From Felis catus (lineage: Eukaryota), in assembly GCF_018350175.1 (NCBI RefSeq), contig NC_058376.1, positions 70,246,001 to 70,310,000 on the forward strand: a DNA stretch of 64,000 nt. The letters are read 5' to 3'. Positions within the stretch are counted from its first letter, which is position 1. Every line of letters starts with the position of its first letter. Made by a program: the position numbers and the translations under genes. Below are positions 38,425-49,940 of this stretch, one piece after another. The notes under the pieces were generated by a model. That model was not told where the DNA came from and did no database searches. It saw nothing but the letters and a program-made list of their open reading frames with translations.

Positions 38425-38900
38425 ACTGGCTGGCTCGGTGGGAACCGCTTCTAACTCTGGATCTCAGGGCTGTAAGTTCGAGCCTCACGTTGACCAGAGA
38501 GAGGACTTAAAAAAGTGGGGCACCTGGGGGGCTCAGTCAGTTAAGCATCTGACTCTTGGTTTCAGCTCAGGTCATGATTTCATGATTCACCAGTTCGAGC
38601 CTTACATCCGGCTCTGCGCTGGCAGTGGGGAGCCTGCTTAGGATTCTCTCTCTCCCTCTCTTTCTCTGCCCTTCCCCCACTCACTCTTACTCTCTCTCTG
38701 AAACTAATTAATTAATGGGTTAAGATAAAATCCATTAATTCAGTATACCTACTAGTAGGTCAAATAAGAAAAACCATATCATCACCTCACTGGGTAATAA
38801 AAAGGCATTTGACCAAATTCAAAACCCATCCTGATTAAAAAAAAAAAAAAATCGGAAACTAAGATTAGAAGATTTCTTTATCATCGTAAAGCTTACTTAT
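38425..38900 (+). mobile_element. Short CAN-SINE, full CAN-SINE (38517-38715) and old L1 ORF2 fragment
   Basis: SINE heads; aaaaccatatcatc...aaaggcatttgaccaaattcaaaacccatcctgattaaaa resembles L1 RT-region sequence. Confidence 0.75.
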
Positions 38901-40157
38901 TTCAAACCAAGACCAGTCCCTTCTCTCCCATTAATCTGGGGAGGGGTCTCCTGAGGGGGGGTGCTAAACTGCAGTGGTGAAGTTAAATTCGCTGCCCCCT
39001 CAACTCCCTACCCCACACCTGCACCCACCCTTCTTCAACCTTGCGAACCTTGAAACTTATCATTCTTTTCTTTTCCTTCTTCTCAGAAACATCAAGGACA
39101 CAGTTCTTTTGACCGAGAGGAGAGGATGTTGGTATTTCTCTGAATGAACATGGCTCTCTGTTCAGCCCTCATAGCACTAAGGACCCACTAGTCTCTTCTG
39201 GTCATTGCCCTGAATTTCGAGAAGAGAGAATGTCCACTGAACTGATGGAAAAAAGAGAAACCCAGGGCCACCAGCCCTAGAAAGAAGGGTCCAAACTGTA
39301 AGGGGAAAAACAGCCGGAAAAGATTAAAAGGGAAAGTGGAGGGGGAAAATATAGGGAACTCCATGAAATACCATAAAAACAACTATTGTAAGACCTCTTG
39401 AAACCCTAGCATTTCCCCAATTTGCTAGTTTTAACTCCCTGCTTCTCCTTTGCCACTAGCAGTAAAACAACAGAAATCGACACAGGGAGCTGCACTTAGT
39501 CACCACGAGGGACACTAAAGGGAACAAATACCATCTGGGATTAGAATGGCCACCGGGGTGGAAGGGAGGAGACCCTAGCAGGACCAGAGATGCTGGGAAG
39601 AAAGGAGGAAGGGCTTTGGAGGCCCCGAGAGAGTAAAGTCAGATGCTTTCCCCCAGCTCGATGCTGCACTCTGGGCTCCTGGGCACCACCAGCCGCCTTG
39701 CTGAGCCCCTGCCACACCCACAGAGCGGGGGGACTCCAATCTCACTGCCAGGCCTGCAACAGGACCTCCTGGGTGCAAGCCCTGGACTCAGAACACATTT
39801 CGCTGGAGAAACAAGCTGGGGTAGCATGCATAACCTCATTTCAGCAGAAGAGCCCTTCCCAGGTCCAAACACTAACCAAGAAGGTCTTTGAATCCAGCCC
39901 ACTGGGAATTCGGGCCTGCCTGCCTCCTGCTTGCACTGACAAGTTCCCTTCTCATTTTAAAGCGAATCCACTCACTTGATGACTTTTAAATAGGCTTAAA
40001 AAAAATATGTAGGCAGGAAGAGTTTCAAAATGCCAGTTCCACTTTGTGGTCAAATCTCCTTACGTGTCAGAAACTCAAATGGGGGTGGAGGGATCAAATC
40101 CAGAATGAAAGTGACTTTCCCCCTGCTCTCCTTATCAAGTACAAATTCAGGCCCTTG

Positions 40158-40350
40158 AGGCACCTGGGGTGGCTCAGCCGGTTAAGAGGTGACTCTTGAT
40201 TTCGGCTCAGGTCATGATCTCATGGTTCATGGGTTCATGGTTCATATGGCTCTGTCAGAGCACGAGGCCTGCTTGGGATCCTCTGTGTCCCTATCTCTGC
40301 CCCTCCCCCTCTCTCAAAGAGAAATAAATGTTAAAAAATTAACAAAAAAA
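40158..40350 (+). mobile_element. CAN-SINE with internal rearrangement
   Basis: TSD aaattcagg(c/t)ccttg; a catggtt repeat replaces part of the body. Confidence 0.88.
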
Positions 40351-42574
40351 TTCAGGTCCTTGTGGCACACCAGCTCCTTTGACACCCAAAATCATTTCCA
40401 TAAAATCATGGGAGTTGCAGACCCTCAGAGCTAGGACTGTTTTAAAATGAGCTGGCCAAGTCAGCTCACTTTAGAGATGAAAACATGAGAAAACAGGAGT
40501 CAGTGACTTGAAACAAGGAGCCCCGTCTGCCAGAAAGAGGTCAGAAGGGGTGCTGGTTAGCAAGTGCCCAAATCGGGGAGCTGCCTGGCAATCCCTGACC
40601 CAGCCCAGGCTCAGGGCAGTGTGACCAGTGAGCTCTGGGATCTCCTTGAGGAGATCTATAACAGGCTCTCAATCAGAAAGGAATTTGAGGTCAGCTGTCT
40701 TATTCGTGTCTCTGCTTAGATGCACAGAAATTCACAAAGACCGCTTTCTAAATACCAGGGCCTCATTCATCACTGAGCTTTAGGAACTTGGGTGGAGGGT
40801 CTTGAGCTCAAGGCAATAAGGCTCCTCAGTGCGGACCCAGACAGACTGGGCTCTGGTCTTCTGTTTTGTCAGCCTACAAGAGCTTGGAGGTAATACTGAA
40901 GAGGCTCAAAGGATGGGACAGACATCTGCTATGAAAACATACTGAACAACTGTAAAATACGTGTTGCCCTGATTTCCTAATTGATTCTATTATTACATAT
41001 TGACAAGCAACAGTAAAGTAGTTGTGCTGCACTCGAAATGATTCCTCTAAAATTAGGCTCCTGGGACAAATTCAAATTCAAGAAAGCCTGCACGAAGCAT
41101 GTACTAAACGCCAAGCTCTGCACTAGGGGATGCTAGAAATACAGAGATGAATGCGCCTTGCTCCCTGGGAGCTCAGTGTACCGGGTAACAGGGACCAGAC
41201 AGGCACTCCAGGAACCAAAAGCATAGGTTGTGTGCTGACACCCACCACAGCACCAGAGCTCTTCCCTTGGCATTTCTCCTCTCTCCACCTATTAATATTT
41301 CAGTTTGGATTTGGCTGGATGAGTCACTCGGCACCAACAGCATTTTGAAAGGACGGAAGCAATGAATAAAAAGCTAAACAGCTAGAGTTCCCAAATGTCA
41401 GAGTGTCGTGTCTAGGTCATGGAAATAGGCACTAGTGGCCCAGACGATGGCCACATCTTTTCTTGGTTTGCACTGTGACTATTTCCAGTCCAACTGCAAC
41501 TGCCTGCAGCCCTTAACACCCCCAAAGCCGGGGTTTAGTGCAAACCATAATCTAAAAATATGCTCTCCTTCCGAAACTCATTGACTCACCCCTCTCTTTC
41601 ATCAATCATATCCAGGCAGCTACCACGTCCGGTCGATCATTCCTTCAAGATGCATGAAATGTTGCTTTTAATCCAGCCCTTCCTGCCTGCCCTCTCTGGC
41701 CCCACAATGCCCAAGCCAGGCCCTCTGCACTGAGTCTAGATTCCTGCAGTGGCTTCCTGCCAGCCTCCCTCCATGCAGTCTCTCCCCATCTCTGTCCACC
41801 CCACATGTCCAAGGTCAGACAACACCTGCTACAGCACACATCCAGCAGGTGGAATTTCCTGATCCAAAACATTCAGTGGGTTAACAGAAATGAGTACCAA
41901 GCTAGAATAACCCTATACTGGCAGGGAGAGAGGGGACATGACACTATTCAGCCGGGAGAGTGGGAAAAGCATCGTGAGTATATAGGGTGTGTTCTCACCC
42001 TAGAAAGCACATTAACAGTAACAGATCGTAACATTCAGAATGGTTCGTGTGTGTGTGTCATCTTCATGATTCAAGCGAGAAGCGGGGGTTTCTCATGATC
42101 CTAAATTACATTTTAGTCACTGTTGTCAAGACAACAGAAAATAAAGACATTTCATTATTGTTGTTTTCTTTTTTAAAAAGTGGCAACAATGGAGTGCCTC
42201 TCCTCATATCCTGAACCACGCCCCCCATACTTCTCACACAATAAATGAAATGTTTCTGGTACAAAATCTAGCAACTAGTCGTTGGTCCAAAGATGTTACC
42301 ATGAACTGTAAATATATGCCTCAGGAAGGCCAGTTCCCATCTTAGACTACCTTTCTGAACATCACACATCTGCAGAACACCCCGCTTGACAGATGTGACT
42401 TGTATTTTTAAAACAAATTCATATATTTGCATATAATATGCAGTTTTAAAAAAGAATGTGCATGCTCCCTATATACTGATACAAACCTTACCTCGATATA
42501 TTAAGTTGCAAATAAAAGGCAAGACATACAACAGTGTATAGTGCTTTCAACAAACATAGGGGAGGAATATTTGC

Positions 42575-42783
42575 TTTTTAATTTTTTTAAGTTTATGTAT
42601 CCATTTTGAGAGAGAGAGAGAGAGAGAGCAAGGGAGGGGCAGCAAGAGAGCGAGACAGAGAATCCCAAGCAGCACTGTCAGAGCAGAGCCTGATGTAGGG
42701 CTTGAACTCACAAACCACAAGATCATGACCTGAGTCAAAATCAAGAGCCGGAGGCTTAACCTACTCAGTCAACCAAGTGCCCC
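42575..42783 (-). mobile_element. CAN-SINE
   Basis: Reverse consensus with (GA)n. Confidence 0.88.
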
Positions 42784-42999
42784 AGGGCAGGGATATCTGT
42801 AACATACGTGTAGAAAACACCCTGGATACATAAGAAACCTAACGGGTAATGTGTGAGGGAAGGGGTCAGGGCAAGATGCTAGACTGATGGGCACTGAGAA
42901 TGGAAAACAGATTTCTCACTGTACAATTGTTATACTATAAAAAAAAAAAAAAATCATGCGACTATACTACCTATTCAAATAATTTTTAAAAAGGCAATT

Positions 43000-44000
43000 G
43001 ATTACCTCTATGGCCTTCTCCAAAAACCATAACTCCAGCCTAATCATGAGGAAAAACATCAGACAATCTACAAAATATCTCCTCAAAACTGTCAAAGTCA
43101 TCAGGGTGCCTGGGTGGCTCAGTGGCTGAGTGTCCGACCTCAGCTCAAGTCATGATCTCACCACATGGGAGTTTGAGCCCCGCATCAGGTTCTGTGCTGA
43201 CAGCTCAGAGCCTGGAGCCTGCTTTAGATTCTGTCTTTTCCTCTCTCTCTACCCCTCCCCGACTCGTGCTCTGTCTCTGTCTCTAAAAAATGAAAAAACA
43301 TTTAAAAAAATATTTTTAAACTGTCAAGGTCATCATAAACAAGAAAAGACTGAGAAACTGTCACAGTCCAAAGGAGACTGAGACAAGGCAACTCAATTTA
43401 TGTGGCATTTTGAATGGGATCCTAGAACAGAAAAGGGGCATTGGGTAAAAACTAAAGAAATCAGACTAAAGTATGAACCTCAGCGGTACCTGGCTAGCTC
43501 CATGAGTAGAGTATGTGACTCACAACCTCAGGGTTGTGAGTTCGTTTTTCTTTTTTTTTTTTTTTAAGTGGGCCTGGGGCTTATTTAAAAAAAATTTTTA
43601 AATAAAATAAAGTATGAACTGGGGCGCCTGGGTGGCTCAGTCGGTTAAGCGTCTGACTTTGACTCCGGTCATGATCTCTCAGTTTATGAGTTCGAGCTCT
43701 GCATTGGGCTCTGTGCCGACAGCTCAGCCCCTGGAGCCTGCCTCAGATTCTGAGTCTCCCCCTCTCTCTGCCCCTCCCCTGCTCATGCTCTGTGTCTATC
43801 TCTCAATAATAAATAAACGTTAAAAAAGTTATTACAAAAATAAAGTGTGAACTGTAGTTAATAATAATGTATCAATGTGGCTGACTAATTGTAAAAAACA
43901 TACGGTACTAAGGTAAGATGCTAATAATAGGCAAACTGGGTGTGGGGTATATAGGAACTCTCTGTACTATCTTCTCAATTTTCCTGTATATCTAAAACTG
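43000..44000 (+). mobile_element. Old L1M 3'UTR with nested CAN-SINEs (43103-43320, about 43483-43605, 43621-43840)
   Basis: ctagaacagaaaaggggcatt...agttaataataatgtatcaatg...ggaactctctgtactatctt is an L1MC/MD-like 3' end; SINE TSDs aaactgtcaa and taaagtatgaac. Confidence 0.85.
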
Positions 44001-47000
44001 ATTTACGTTTTTAGAAAATTGAGGGGTTTTTTAAAGACCACTGAAACCATGGGGTAGTGGAGTGGGGATGGGAGGGGGGATCCATTGTGGCTGTATTAGG
44101 AACCTAAAGGTAAATAAGGCCTGGTTAATTTGCCACGCAGTATGTGAGGGGGACACCCGGCCCCTAGTGTAACAATGTGCTGTGGGAGCAAGGGAAGGAC
44201 AGGCCAATTCCACCTACCCGAAGGGGGCAGAGTAGGCTTCACAGAGGAGGGGACATTGGGCTGGAATTATGGGAAGAGGCTATCCTGGACACAAAAGATC
44301 CAAGTACTTGTTCGGCCACTTACTGGCTACATGACCTTGGGCCAGCCACTTACTCTTTCCAGGCCTCAGCATTCTCATGCAAACAATTCAGGGGGTGCAA
44401 TACACGGCCTCTATCATATATTCCAGATCAAAAAATCTTGCCAAGACTCAAGCTCATCCATCCATTCAACAAATATGACCCAGGCAATATCCTAGGCAGA
44501 GGCCACAGTGATAAACAAAATCGACAGAACCCTCTGCCCTCACGGTGCTTCCGGTTGGGGGAGAATCCTCATTGGGGAAGAGGGCACTGACAGTGAACAA
44601 GACCAGTAAGTACACGAGATGACGATGAGGGCTGAGGAGAAAAATTAAGGAAAGAAAAGAGACAGGAGGGATGTGGGGCAGGAGGTTTAGTTGCGAGTGG
44701 CCAGGGACAACTTGCTGAGCAGGAGACCGCCAAGAAAGGGCTGCAGGGTAGAGGCAGCATGCCCTGCGGATATCTGGGGAGACAGTACCCCAGGCCCAGA
44801 GAGGGGCCCGCTGTGCAGCATAGGTGGCATGCTGGAAGAAAAGGGAGAGCCAAGTGCGCCAGTGGGAGTGGTGAGAAAAATAAAGTCGGGGAAGTCAGAG
44901 TTCCCAGAGAGGCCTGGCAGGCCACTGTCAGGACTTCTGGAAGCCACTGGAGGGTTTTAAGCAGAGCGCATGATCTGACTTGAGTTTTAACAGAATCACT
45001 CTGAGTGAGAGCTGAGGATAGGTAAAGGGGACAAGAGCAGGAGCAGGCCCCAGCTATACGAGACAAGCAAGCATCTCAGAAACTCTGGTGGTGTTAGGGG
45101 AGGAGGGTGAGTGAGGGAGGGAATCCAGTAAGGAGGGTAGGCCACACTACCTGCCCCTCCAGCATCGACCACAGGGGATGTGTCAAGGCCTGTCTATGAG
45201 CAAACTTTTCACCAGGTGGCCCAGGAATCAAACCCTGCATTCAACAGAAGCAAGAAGAAGCCTCACAAACAAATGGGGCCTATAAATAACGTGTTCCTTT
45301 ACATTTATAAAGGCCATTAATCCCATTCCAAGGGGAAAGAAAGCAAACAAACTATAGCAGTGGGCTTTTTGAAGCTTCACCCCCAGCCAACAGAAAATAC
45401 CTGTGAAAAGAGATGTCCGCCCCACCCCCCCACCCCCCCACGAACCCAGCTGCACGCTGCCACATGAAAAGGACACTATTATTTAGGCAGTAATTGTTCC
45501 ACATTACTGATATCGTGAAAACTTTTCAGAGTATTTCCATGAGCCGGCTCAAGAAGAGAAACTAGTTACCAGGGTAGGCAGGCACAAAAAGCCTTTTGCC
45601 AAGTATTTAGGTATTTTAATTCTCCGTTGCCTCAGCAGCTAAATAAGCACGGAGAACAAGCAGGAGGAGAATACTAATTAGAGCTAATTAGACCCTGCCC
45701 TCTTCTGCCTCAATCCCCTTTATAAAAAGCCCCCCTCCCCCAGACTCAAGGATGATGGAGCTAAAATGTAAATACCCAGGGTAAACAGCAGTCTCCAGAC
45801 CAAGCCCACTGTTTGCATTTCACTGCCCCGTTATTGCTAGACCCAGGCCTGGTTACCTGAAGAGAGCTACAAACCCAAGGCCGAACTCCAGCAGCCCCCT
45901 CACAGGCCATGAAACATGTGGTGGAGGGGAGAGCACTGTCAGCAGGAGCCCACTAAATAGAGTACAGGGCTCTCCTAGGATTCAGAGCATTCTAACTGGC
46001 AGGGCATTCACTAAAGGAACATATGATTTTTTGTTTAAGAAACTATGATAGTAAACATGACTCCAGTCCTGCAGCAGGATCAATATCACACTCCTCCCCT
46101 TCCCTCTCAGGGAGCAAAGGCCGCACCCCAGAGAAGCCCTTCTCTGGTTTTGTGGGAAGACCATGTCCTCGAGCCCTGTCCGGAGGCTCTTGGCCATGGG
46201 ATAAGGAGAGCAGGAGGTAACTCTGAATAGGAGAGGGCTGGTCGACCTGCCAGAGACTTGTTTGAAATGAGTCCTCTTCAATTAAAAGTCTGCTTCCTGC
46301 TGGATTAAGCACAGGGATGGAAGTGTAGTGAAAGCAACAGACGTGCAACTTGGCCACTGGTCTAGGGACACCCAGGCAGGCATGGCCCCGTGGGTCACCT
46401 CTTTCTTTCACTGGGCAATGAAGGTTTTTCTTTCCAGTCATGTTCCTAGGAGCGAGACAGAAACAAGCTCTGGGAAAAGTACCTGTGGGGCCTCAAGAAA
46501 AAAAGAAGAAAAGGGAAGGAAAAGAAAAACTGTTTCAAAGTCTGTGTGAAGCCGGTTCAGCAACCCTGGGGCACTAGGAGAAATCACACAAATATGTGTC
46601 AGTCTCTTCTAACCTTGAGAGGCTCCGGGGCTGAGAGGGAGGTGACCGGTCTGGAGGCCAGTGATGAGCTCGCTCCATCATGGCCCTGCTGGCCCACAGC
46701 AGGCTGGCTGAGCTCTAGCAGGCAGCAGCAGAAGAAAAGGGAATTCAGAAGGAGTTGGAAATAAACCACCAAGACTCAATGCTTTTCTCCCTACCTAAAC
46801 TGCATCATGTAGGACAAAGGGCACTAGACCAAAAAGCTTTTGAGATCCATCAGTGGACAAGGAAGAGTGGGCAAGTCACTTTGCCCTTTTGGGCCCATTC
46901 GGAAAACGGACATCACTGTGAAGATGCATATGAACTGTGAAAAACGGAAATCACAACGCAAATAGAAAGCAATATATTAAAAGAATTCTTCACAAATGGA

Positions 47001-47114
47001 AACATTTGAGTTTTTATTAGAATCGCAGAAGGTCAAGCTGTAAGGCAACTTAGAAATCATCTCCTTTAGCAGTTGCCAAACTTTGGGATTTCACAGAACA
47101 TTACGAACAAAACA

Positions 47115-47327
47115 GGGGCGCCTGGGTGGCTCAGTCAGTTAAGCGTCTGACTTTGACTCAGGTCATGACTCACAGTTTGTGGGTCTGAGCCCCGCATCGG
47201 GTTCGCACTGACAGTGCAGAGCCTGCTTGGGATTCTCTCTCTCTGCCCTCCCCCCCCACTTGTGTGCTCATGAGCTCTCTCTCTCTCCCTCTCGCTCCCA
47301 AAATAAACTTAAAAAAAAAAAAAAAAA
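47115..47327 (+). mobile_element. CAN-SINE
   Basis: Consensus head, (CT)n, A tail. Confidence 0.9.
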
Positions 47328-48159
47328 GAACAGAAGAAACAGAAAAAGAGGAGGGGAAATTTATACAGGATTGCTAGATTTTTTATTTTGCCAAAAAGAA
47401 AAACTACCCTCTGTCATCACTATAAATCACTAAAAAAAAAAAAAAAAAAAAAAAAAAATGAAACCAACTATACCAACCAAAAATAAAAAAGACATCATTT
47501 CAAATTAAAGGGCAGTCCTGTGAGGCAGGGGACCACTGACAAAGATAAACTCCTGTGTGTGCCACAAGCTGCCATCCTCCTCTGAGCTGCATTTCCCTGA
47601 GGACCCATGAAAACATCAGCGATGGGCACTGCTTGCCAGATGGGTGTTTGGAAACCACTGATCTACTCCACGTTCTACAGTGATTATTTTCCCATAAAAG
47701 ATATCTTGCTCCAGTATTAAGTTTGCATTAGGGCCTAAAGAAGTTTTTGTTTGCCCAGAACCCTCCTCCTGCTCAGAGGTAAACCTCCAGGTCTTCATGT
47801 AAATGAGGCCCCGTAGGGGACTAGTGCCCTCTCCCTTGGCAGCCAGGCACAAGAGCAATCCAGTATCGTGGACCTGCTAGAGAATGAAGCAATAAAGGAC
47901 ACAATTATTTCCTCCGGGAAAGGAGAAAAGCTAGAGCTTCCTGATTTTTTGGTAGGGGCTCGGGGTGGCTTATCTGTCTGTCAGCCCCTGCGCAAAAACG
48001 GAGCATCCTTCCTCTGGGGCCTCCTAACTGCCACATCCACTCTCGTCCCAACTCGGAAAACTTGAAGCAGGTAAGTGAGGGCTCCTCACACAGCCTCCAG
48101 CCCCTGGCAGTATCGCGCCAAAGCAATAGCACACCTCCTGCCCTCCGCCGCAGAATCCT

Positions 48160-49940
48160 CCAGAGTTAGGGGAATGTTCCAGGGCGAGTGTTTCGTGTAT
48201 CTCGGGATAAACCCAGGCAGGAGTCAGGTCGGTAAGTCCCAGGTGGGGCTGTGACTTGGGACGCCGGTGTCCCAAGGGTTTGGCGGTGGCTTCGGGAGGA
48301 AGCAAGGGGATTAAACTTTAAAAGAAGGCCGTTAAACTGGGTGCTGTGAAACTCTAGGATGCGCTTAGGGGCCCCGAGCACCCGCAGTTCGAAGAGACAA
48401 GCCCTCCGGATTAGCCGTGGCTCCAGCAAGGACTCCGGCTCTCGCGCCCCACTCGCTGCCCTTCGCCTTCTGGGGACCAGGGCACTGGCGGCATCCTTCG
48501 GCGCCTCCCCGCAGCCCGCCCGCCCCCGGCCGGCCACAAGGGCCGCTTTGTGCCCGGGAGCGCGGCGCCCCGGCCCCCACGCAGGGCTGGCGGCGGCCCT
48601 CCCCGGGCAGAGGGCGCGGGCGCACGCGGGCCGGTCAGCAGCCGGGCAAGGCTGTTTACACAGGAAGGGGAGACTCCTCCTCGGCCCGGGACTGACCGGC
48701 GGCCGACGACAGCGCGCCGGGGCGGCTGCTGGCTGCGCGCGGGGTGGCGCACGCACCTCGCGAGCCCCCCACCGGCCAGCACCCCGCCGCTCGCCCCCTG
48801 GGGGGCGGGAGCCCGGAAGACGCTCCCCCACCCAGACAGCGCCCCTCGCCCCGCCCTCCACGCCGCCGGCGGGAGGCTCCGAGCGGGACAAAGTTTCTCT
48901 GCGCGGCGGGCGACGCGGCTTACCTGGGAGGCTGGGCACCAGCGCGCAGAGCCCGAGCAGGCAGGCGTACAGGGGCGCCGGGGCCCGCGGCATGGTGGGG
49001 GCGCCCGGCCTCAGCGGCGGCGCGGACGGCGGGCTCCGCGGGGGCCCGGGGCCGAGGCCGGAGCGCGGGGGGCGAGGGCCGGGGGCCGCAGCCGCATGCC
49101 CGGCTCACAGCCCCCCTGGCCGGGCGGGAGGAGCTGGCGGCTGCGCTGGCCGGCGCCCCGCCACCACCATCCCTCCCGCAGTGCTCGCAGCCGAGTCCCG
49201 GGGCTGCCGGGGGATCGCGGCTCGGGACGGCCCCGGCGGGCGGCTCTGGGCCGGGGAGGGGCGGGCTCCGCGCTGGGGCCGCGACTTGGGCTCCGGGACG
49301 CGCCGCCACACTCTGCCCTCCGCCTCCGCCCCTTCCCTTCCTCCCTCCGGCCCGCCAGGCTCCACTTTCCTCCCTCCTCTCTCCTCCCCTTCTCCCCCCT
49401 CTAAGCCCCCGCCCGGCTGCCACACGGTCAGTTTACGGCGGGGCGGGGCGAACTCCGGGCCGGGCCAGCTCCGCCCCGAGCGGGGACCCGCCCGGGGACG
49501 CGGAGCCCGGGGCTCCCAGGTGCAAGTCCCTTACGCCGCGCTTACTGGGGGCCCCCCCGGGGGAGCGAAGACGCTAAGGAGGGTCTCGCTCTGCTTTCTT
49601 AGCAGCCTGGCGCCACGGGGAAAGACGGGCACGCTCCAAGGGGCGAACCGTGATTACTTTGAATTGCTAGACTTCGAGACGGAGAGCAGGTATGGTGAGA
49701 TCCTGCCTTGGCCGCCTGGCTCTCCCAAAGTCGCACCTCCAGCAGCGCGATCGCCCCGAGGAGAGACGGAGGCGCCTGCGGGTGTAGTAAGGAGACGCGC
49801 TGGATCTCGAAGGGAGGGCATGTGGGGCGTGGAGGCACATGTAAAGCCCACTTTTCCCTCGCAAGCACTTTGCCGTTTTCGAGGATTCGAGCCTGGACGA
49901 TATGCCGCTAGCCTTCCTCATCCCTCGCGGTTTCCGTGAA
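48160..49940. promoter_or_regulatory. CpG island covering the ITGB5 promoter, 5'UTR, exon 1 and start of intron 1
   Basis: Very high GC and CpG density against CpG-depleted flanks; GC boxes (ggggcggggc near 49440); forkhead-type TGTTTAC at 48653-48659; no obvious TATA box. Confidence 0.92.
48924..48993 (-). CDS. ITGB5: Integrin beta-5 coding exon 1 (signal peptide MPRAPAPLYACLLGLCALVPSLP)
   Basis: ATG at 48993 in Kozak context ccaccATG; 70-bp coding part ends at donor CAG|GTAAG; peptide matches the recalled ITGB5 signal peptide. Confidence 0.97.

Noticed and set aside
48166-49577. Multiple overlapping 100-285 aa ORFs on both strands
   Set aside because: Stop-codon scarcity in a CpG island; only 48924-48993 is coding, ending at a canonical donor.
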